NCBI GenBank assembly: GCA_037443765.1
Contig: JBBINS010000002.1
Coordinates: 7,820 to 71,819, forward strand
Source: Gammaproteobacteria bacterium
GTDB lineage: Bacteria > Pseudomonadota > Gammaproteobacteria > Steroidobacterales > Steroidobacteraceae
DNA length: 64,000 nucleotides
Direction: 5' to 3'
Below the pieces are notes generated by a model. The model saw only the letters and a program-made list of their open reading frames with translations, was not told where the DNA came from and did not search any database. Shown here in pieces: positions 59,017 through 64,000 of this stretch (its first letter is position 1; every line of letters begins with the position of its first letter). The translations under genes and the position numbers were made by a program.

Positions 59017-59261
59017 GCAAGAGCACATACCCACTGAAGCTGCCGAATTCAGTCAAGGAAGCTGCTGCTGAACTCGCCAAAATCGATGGGGTATCGTTGA
59101 ATCAATTCATCGCTTCGGCGGTGGCCGAGAAGGTCGGAACTCTGCGTACCGCTAGCGCGTTTCTTCAGCAGCGCGCGGGATCGGCCAAACCCAAGGATCT
59201 GATTAAATTCCTTCGACGGGCACCCAAAGTCGCCCCTGTAAAGGGAGATGAACGGGTCTAG
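59013..59261 (+). CDS. Antitoxin-like ribbon-helix-helix / HicB-family DNA-binding protein
   Basis: 82 aa. ATGA overlap with the toxin stop. YPLKLPNSVKEAAAELAKIDGVSLNQFIASAVAEKV is RHH/HicB-C-like. Confidence 0.7.
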   Translation: MSKSTYPLKLPNSVKEAAAELAKIDGVSLNQFIASAVAEKVGTLRTASAFLQQRAGSAKPKDLIKFLRRAPKVAPVKGDERV

Positions 59262-59325
59262 TGTTGTGGCTGAGGCGGCGGTGTTGGCTGCGGAGCAGCT
59301 GCGTGCCCATTCTTCACCGTATCTG

Positions 59326-59841
59326 CTACCCACTTTTCATTCTGCTTCGCCAAGATAACCAACTTGCACGGTCGGCCAGATCGTCGTGGTCATATCGCAC
59401 TTCGACATCGACCCCTTGAAACGAGGCCACATAGAGCGGAAGCCACGTGCGATTTGGCACGTGGATCTCGAGTCTCGTGCTGTCGATCCAGCGAAGCTGG
59501 GCCAGCGTGGTCGGTTCCCACTGACCCTCTGGCGCCAAAACGGTCATCGGCTCTCCGGAGTCATTGCTCCGACGGAGGTCAACCGTATTGCTGATGTATC
59601 CCGTACCGAATCCCCCGCCGCAACCATCCGCATGGGCGCTAGCGACCCAGGTTCGGTCAGGTGACGTAGAGGCCGCAGAACTCAGCCGCTCGCACTTTCG
59701 GCTGCAGCCCTCGATATAGACAAACACCGGGAGCAGACTCAACGCCACGACCAGCCGCGCCAAGATCACGGGCCCTCTGAAATCAATTTGTCGCTGCGTA
59801 GGTATCAATGCTTCCCCGAGGACTGCAATTCGCGGCCGCAT
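59326..59841 (-). CDS. Hypothetical membrane-anchored protein
   Basis: The only non-Arg-rich ORF in this AT-richer stretch. It has one hydrophobic helix (VILARLVVALSLLPVFVYI). I recognise no family. Confidence 0.4.
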   Translation of the reverse strand: MRPRIAVLGEALIPTQRQIDFRGPVILARLVVALSLLPVFVYIEGCSRKCERLSSAASTSPDRTWVASAHADGCGGGFGTGYISNTVDLRRSNDSGEPMTVLAPEGQWEPTTLAQLRWIDSTRLEIHVPNRTWLPLYVASFQGVDVEVRYDHDDLADRASWLSWRSRMKSG

Positions 59842-60067
59842 ACCCGATTGACGGCCTCCCCAGAAGCGCGCCGACCAAGGCCATGGAAGCGCCGGTCAGG
59901 CTGCAGAATTGCCTTACGGCCCGCAACCTACTGTCCCTTCGCGCAGCGAGCTGACAGCCGGCGCCGTTCGCCTCCGCTACTTCGCGTCGCCGCCGCCGCA
60001 TCCAGTCCCGCTCGGCGACCCTGACAATGCCCCGGGAGATCGTCGCGGTCAGTGCTCGTGCACTTCG

Positions 60068-60859
60068 TCACAGCAGGGGCGGCGCCACTTTCGGCAGCGA
60101 CTTGTCCACGAAAGTGCCGAGCCGAGTCTGAACTTCGGGGCCGGTCTGCACGACCGCCGCCATCAGCGACTCCGCGAACATCCCATCGGTCGCCGACATG
60201 TCGCCTATCCGGCTGATCGACGTCACGACGGCATAGTTCGACAAGGATGCGTTGTCCGCGATCTTCGCCGCCGTCGCGAGCGCAGTCTCAAGCGATTTTC
60301 CGGGCGCGCAGATTTCGTGAGCAAGCCCAAGCCTGAGTCCGGCCTCGGCGTCAAGCACCCTTCCGGTCAGCATCATCTCGACCATGCGTCCTGGCGTAAT
60401 GATTCGTGCGACGCGAACCGTCGCGCCGCCGCCGGTGAAAATCCCCTTGATGCCCTCCGGTAAGGCAAAGTAGGTCGTCGGGTCCGCGATCCGCACGTGC
60501 GTCGCAGCCGCCAACTCAAGTCCGCCACCGACGACCGCACCATGCAGGGCGGCGATCACCGGAATTCCGCCATACTGCAGTCGATCGAACACACGATGCC
60601 ACTCTTGGCACACGCGCATGAAATCGACTGCCGACCGCGCGAGCCCGTGGTGTTCTTTGAGGTCAAGCCCGGCGCAGAAATGCGGTCCTTGACCGTGCAA
60701 CACGATTGCTCGGGTGGCGGCTGGCAGCCGGCCAAGCGCAAGATCGAGCGCCGCGAGCAGCTCCTCGCTGATCGCGTTCCGTTGCGCGGGTCGGTTCAGC
60801 GACAGGACTGAGACCTGGCCTCTGACCTCAAGTGTCACTAACTCAGACATCCGATTCAT
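60068..60859 (-). CDS. Enoyl-CoA hydratase/isomerase (crotonase) family protein
   Basis: LNRPAQRNA, FCAGLDLKE and GGGLELA motifs. Confidence 0.9.
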   Translation of the reverse strand: MNRMSELVTLEVRGQVSVLSLNRPAQRNAISEELLAALDLALGRLPAATRAIVLHGQGPHFCAGLDLKEHHGLARSAVDFMRVCQEWHRVFDRLQYGGIPVIAALHGAVVGGGLELAAATHVRIADPTTYFALPEGIKGIFTGGGATVRVARIITPGRMVEMMLTGRVLDAEAGLRLGLAHEICAPGKSLETALATAAKIADNASLSNYAVVTSISRIGDMSATDGMFAESLMAAVVQTGPEVQTRLGTFVDKSLPKVAPPLL

Positions 60860-60918
60860 CCCTTATCTATCAAGACCACGCAGATTTGAGCCACAGGAGC
60901 ACAGGAAACGGAATCCTC

Positions 60919-62022
60919 CTACAGGAACGGCAGCTCGCGGAGCACCCCACGCACCGGCTTTCCGTCTTTGAGGACCTCGACGGCGTCACCCGCTGGAACT
61001 GCGATGTCGATCAGTGCAAAACCGATGTTTTTCTTCAGTCGGTATGACCAGGCACAGTTCGTCAACTCGCCGACCTTCTGCCCGTCGCGATAGATCGCAT
61101 GCCACAGGAAGCCTAGCTCCGTTGGCTCGTCGCCTTCCAGCGTGACGCCGAGCTGATGCCGCCTCACACCGCTGGCGTGGATCCGACGCAACGCCTGGAT
61201 TCCGATCACATCGTCGGCAACGTCGAGGTCGACGTATTTCCCCAGTCGCACCTCGTATGGATTGGTATGGTCATCGGTGTCCCCACCGTAAGACAGAAGG
61301 CCGCTCTCCACGCGCTCGCAAACATTGGGCGCGCCGGGGCCGATGTTCCTTGACCTGCCAGCTTCCTTGACGAGTTGCCACAGCCGGGTGCCCTGAGACC
61401 CATCCATCAGGTAGATCTCGTAACCGCCCTGCTTCGACCAGCCTGAACGCGCGACCGCGACCGGAATGCCCTCCAGAGTCGTCTCCCGGAACCAGAAATA
61501 TTTGAGCTCACGCACCCAGTCGCCGAAGAGATCCGCCACGACGCTTTCGGCCTTCGGCCCCTGGATTGCGAGGGGCGATACGTCGGGCTCGCTGACCTCG
61601 ACGGCGAGCTTGCGCTCCGCCGCGATGGCCCGCGCCCAGAACCAGATATTCGAATCCGCGATCGACAGCCAGTATCGATCGTCCGCGAGCTTCAGCAGGA
61701 TTGGATCATTGATCAGCGTGCCCGCATGGTTGCACAAGGGCACATACTTTCCCTGGCCGACTTTCCCCTTCGACAGGTCCCTTGCAGCGAGGATCTGGGC
61801 GAGCCGTCCAGCGTCGGGGCCGCGCAGCTCAACCTGCCGTTCGCATGCGACGTCCCACATCGAAACGCTATTGATAAGGCGCCAGTACTCCGCCTCGGGA
61901 TGCCCGAAGCTCGTCGGCATCAGCATGTGGTTGTAGATAGTAAAGGCAGTGACTCCATCGTCGCGCGTCGCCTCGAAGAACGGCGAGGGTCGCAGTCGGG
62001 CGGATGGTGAAATTCCGAACAC
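60919..62022 (-). CDS. GcvT-family aminomethyltransferase, DmdA-like
   Basis: GGAGA-N6-GTG start at 62022. WDVACERQVELRGPDA, EPDVSPLAIQGPKA, ARSGWSKQGGYEIY and GLLSYG motifs. Confidence 0.85.
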   Translation of the reverse strand: MFGISPSARLRPSPFFEATRDDGVTAFTIYNHMLMPTSFGHPEAEYWRLINSVSMWDVACERQVELRGPDAGRLAQILAARDLSKGKVGQGKYVPLCNHAGTLINDPILLKLADDRYWLSIADSNIWFWARAIAAERKLAVEVSEPDVSPLAIQGPKAESVVADLFGDWVRELKYFWFRETTLEGIPVAVARSGWSKQGGYEIYLMDGSQGTRLWQLVKEAGRSRNIGPGAPNVCERVESGLLSYGGDTDDHTNPYEVRLGKYVDLDVADDVIGIQALRRIHASGVRRHQLGVTLEGDEPTELGFLWHAIYRDGQKVGELTNCAWSYRLKKNIGFALIDIAVPAGDAVEVLKDGKPVRGVLRELPFL

Positions 62023-62235
62023 GATGGATCTCCTACGGTCAATGGAGGATGACGGCCGCCAGGTTGTTGCACCGCTCGAGGTTGTCGGCACACGACACGA
62101 ACCGTCACGTCCTCGTGACCGAATTGTTGCAACTGTCGCCAGTTCAATACCGGCCGTATCATGCAAGGTCCGAATTTAGACGGCTTTCCGTTGCTCGCGT
62201 TTGCGAATACCGCCAATTAATGTGCAGAATCCGCC

Positions 62236-63294
62236 ATGCGCGACAGAAAGCCAGGTCCAGCCAACTCAACCCTTCAAGTCACGGTGCCAACTGCGTTCGT
62301 TCAGCGGATGCTCGCCGGTGCACGGCGCCATCTCACGTCGGCCGAGTTGACCGAGGCAGTGCGCACCGCCGGCATCGCGCCGGCCCTGCTTAATGTGGCT
62401 ACGACCCGCGTCACACGCGCACAGTTCACGCGCCTTTATGGCTGTCTGGCGTTGGCGATGGAGGACGAAATGCTGGGGCTGTGGTCGCGGCCCATCCGAT
62501 CGGGCACGTTGAAGTATCTCGGGCTCAACCTGCTCGATGCGCCGTCACTGCTGGTCGCTCTCTACCGCTTCACGCGATTCTGGAATCTGCTTCTCGACGA
62601 CTACCGCCTCGACCTATTCCGCCACGAGCGAATCGCGACGATCCGCCTCTCTAGTCGGCAGTCGCCTCCACGCATTAACGTCTTTGGGCACGAACTGATG
62701 GTCAAACTGGTACACGGTACTGCGTCCTGGCTCATCGGCGAGAAACTCCCCGTGGACTCCGTCGGCTTTATGTTCCCGCAGCCGCGGGATTTCCGCGAAT
62801 ACGCCGCGCTCTTTCCGGAGCGAGTCGACTTCGACCAACCGCACACCTTCATCCGGTTCGCAGAGACGCCGCCGCAGCGACCGTTCCGGAGAACGAAGGC
62901 TGAACTGCTGCAGTTCGTTCGCAAGGCGCCGGACGACTGGATCTTCGTCGCTCTCGACTATACTTCCCTCGCACAGCGGGTGCGGCACTTCGTCGTCGCT
63001 CGCATCCGCGACGACCCGAGCCTCGCACAAACGGGGCTCGCACTCCGCCAGTCCACTCGCTCGCTCTCTCGCCGGTTGGCACTTGAGGGCCAGACATATC
63101 GGGCAATCAAAGACGGCGCGCGCCGCGATCTGTCGATCGAGCGTCTCGTCAAGACCCGGGACCCTGTGGCACAGATTGCAGCGGACGTCGGCTTCGAGAA
63201 CCTGTCCGCATTCCATCGGGCGTTTCGCACCTGGACCGGCAGTACGCCTCGGTCGTATCGACGACAGCAGCTCGTCGACGAGTCCGCATCATGA
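62236..63294 (+). CDS. AraC family transcriptional regulator (AraC-binding-like N-domain plus HTH)
   Basis: C-terminal AraC HTH (IAADVGFENLSAFHRAFRTWTGSTPRSYR). Divergent from the aminomethyltransferase gene. Confidence 0.88.
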   Translation: MRDRKPGPANSTLQVTVPTAFVQRMLAGARRHLTSAELTEAVRTAGIAPALLNVATTRVTRAQFTRLYGCLALAMEDEMLGLWSRPIRSGTLKYLGLNLLDAPSLLVALYRFTRFWNLLLDDYRLDLFRHERIATIRLSSRQSPPRINVFGHELMVKLVHGTASWLIGEKLPVDSVGFMFPQPRDFREYAALFPERVDFDQPHTFIRFAETPPQRPFRRTKAELLQFVRKAPDDWIFVALDYTSLAQRVRHFVVARIRDDPSLAQTGLALRQSTRSLSRRLALEGQTYRAIKDGARRDLSIERLVKTRDPVAQIAADVGFENLSAFHRAFRTWTGSTPRSYRRQQLVDESAS

Positions 63295-63508
63295 TCGGCA
63301 GAGCGCGCAGGCCGCGCTTGAAGCTGTTGGCCGCTTGGGCGTCGACACCCTTGCGCGCCCGCCGATTCACAAGGCCGCTCTTCGACGCTGCGGTACCGTC
63401 GTGGCGCCAAAGGTTAATTTCGCGACAGAACCTAGCTTCTGAGGATTAGCAGGGTGTTGAAAATCGCCGCACATGGTGCACAGTTCGGTATCGGCGGCGT
63501 TTGGAGCG

Positions 63509-64000
63509 ATGCGGATGCGCGGAGCGGATGTGCAGCGGAGCGGGCTATTCAGTTACGTGTCGCTCGAGGAGCGGATACCAGCGGATCACCCGCTGCGCGG
63601 GATACGGGCGCTGCTGGATGAGGCGCTGTGGAGCATGAGCCGTGACTTCGACCGGGTGTACGCCGAGGGGGGCCGTGCCTCGATCGCGCCGGAGCGGCTG
63701 GTGCGGGCGCTGACGCTGCAGATTCTGTACTCGATCCGCAGCGAACGGCTGCTGTGCGAGCAGCTGGACTACAACCTGCTGTTTCGCTGGTTCGTGGGCC
63801 TGGCGGTCGACGAAGCGGTGTGGGACCACTCGACGTTTACCAAGAACCGGGAGCGGCTGATTGAGGCGAAGGTGGCGAGGAAGCTGCTGCGCCGGGTGGT
63901 CCGGAACGCCAAGGCGGCGCGGCTCCTTTCGAACGAGCACTTCAGTGTCGACGGCACGCTGATCGAGTCGTGGGCGGCGGTGAAGAGCATGCGCCGGCGG
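63509..64000 (+). mobile_element. IS5-family transposase gene (DUF772/InsH N-terminal domain), 3' end beyond the window
   Basis: The + frame from ATG 63509 reads MRMRGADVQRSGLFSYVSLEERIPADHPLRGIRALLDEAL...YNLLFRWFVGLAVDEAVWDHSTFTKNRERL and stays open to the window end. It is absent from the ORF track because it has no stop. Confidence 0.85.

Noticed and set aside
63295-63440. A minus-strand reading, INLWRHDGTAASKSGLVNRRARKGVDAQAANSFKRGLRAL, between araC and the IS element. I considered it as a possible gene fragment.
   Set aside because: It is too short and I cannot tie it to any family, so it is not reportable as a feature.

Overview
GC-rich, proteobacterial-type chromosomal DNA. Third codon positions are almost always G/C, so the six-frame track is full of long Arg/Ala/Pro-rich shadow ORFs that I ignored. 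I saw no rRNA, tRNA or CRISPR array. I support about 60 protein-coding genes. (1) 1-17.9 kb is housekeeping and central carbon metabolism: monooxygenase, hydrolases, Hsp20, LOG, sdaA, ppc, an Entner-Doudoroff cluster (edd-eda divergent from zwf-hexR, with HexR-like operators), a nitroreductase and an EamA transporter. (2) 17.9-43 kb is the most interesting part, a roughly 25-kb block of envelope genes. It contains a Tol/Ton-type motor operon: ExbB, two ExbD, a TonB-like protein with an AgmX/PglI-type C-terminus, two large TPR proteins and small secreted proteins. This runs co-directionally into an uncharacterised exported haem gene set: a Tat-exported DUF1501/DUF1552-like protein, a LamG dihaem lipoprotein and a DUF1585/1588-like monohaem protein. 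Diverging from that set is an operon encoding a PD40-propeller dihaem lipoprotein, two outer-membrane beta-barrels, a TlpA-like thioredoxin, DUF4266 and DUF3570 (which carries a flavinylation motif). That operon is convergent with apbE. (3) 43-57.5 kb is mixed: a SYLF protein, a decayed gene, a predicted lipoprotein GDE-type glucosidase, a membrane/LuxR trio, an SDR, macAB, a frameshifted aminotransferase and an arsR-SRPBCC-hydrolase operon. (4) 57.5-64 kb is visibly AT-richer accessory DNA: gene fragments, a reverse-order PIN toxin/antitoxin pair with an 18-bp palindrome, a crotonase plus DmdA-like aminomethyltransferase plus AraC set, and an IS5-family transposase cut by the window edge. All functional calls come from motif and family recognition by eye, with no database search.
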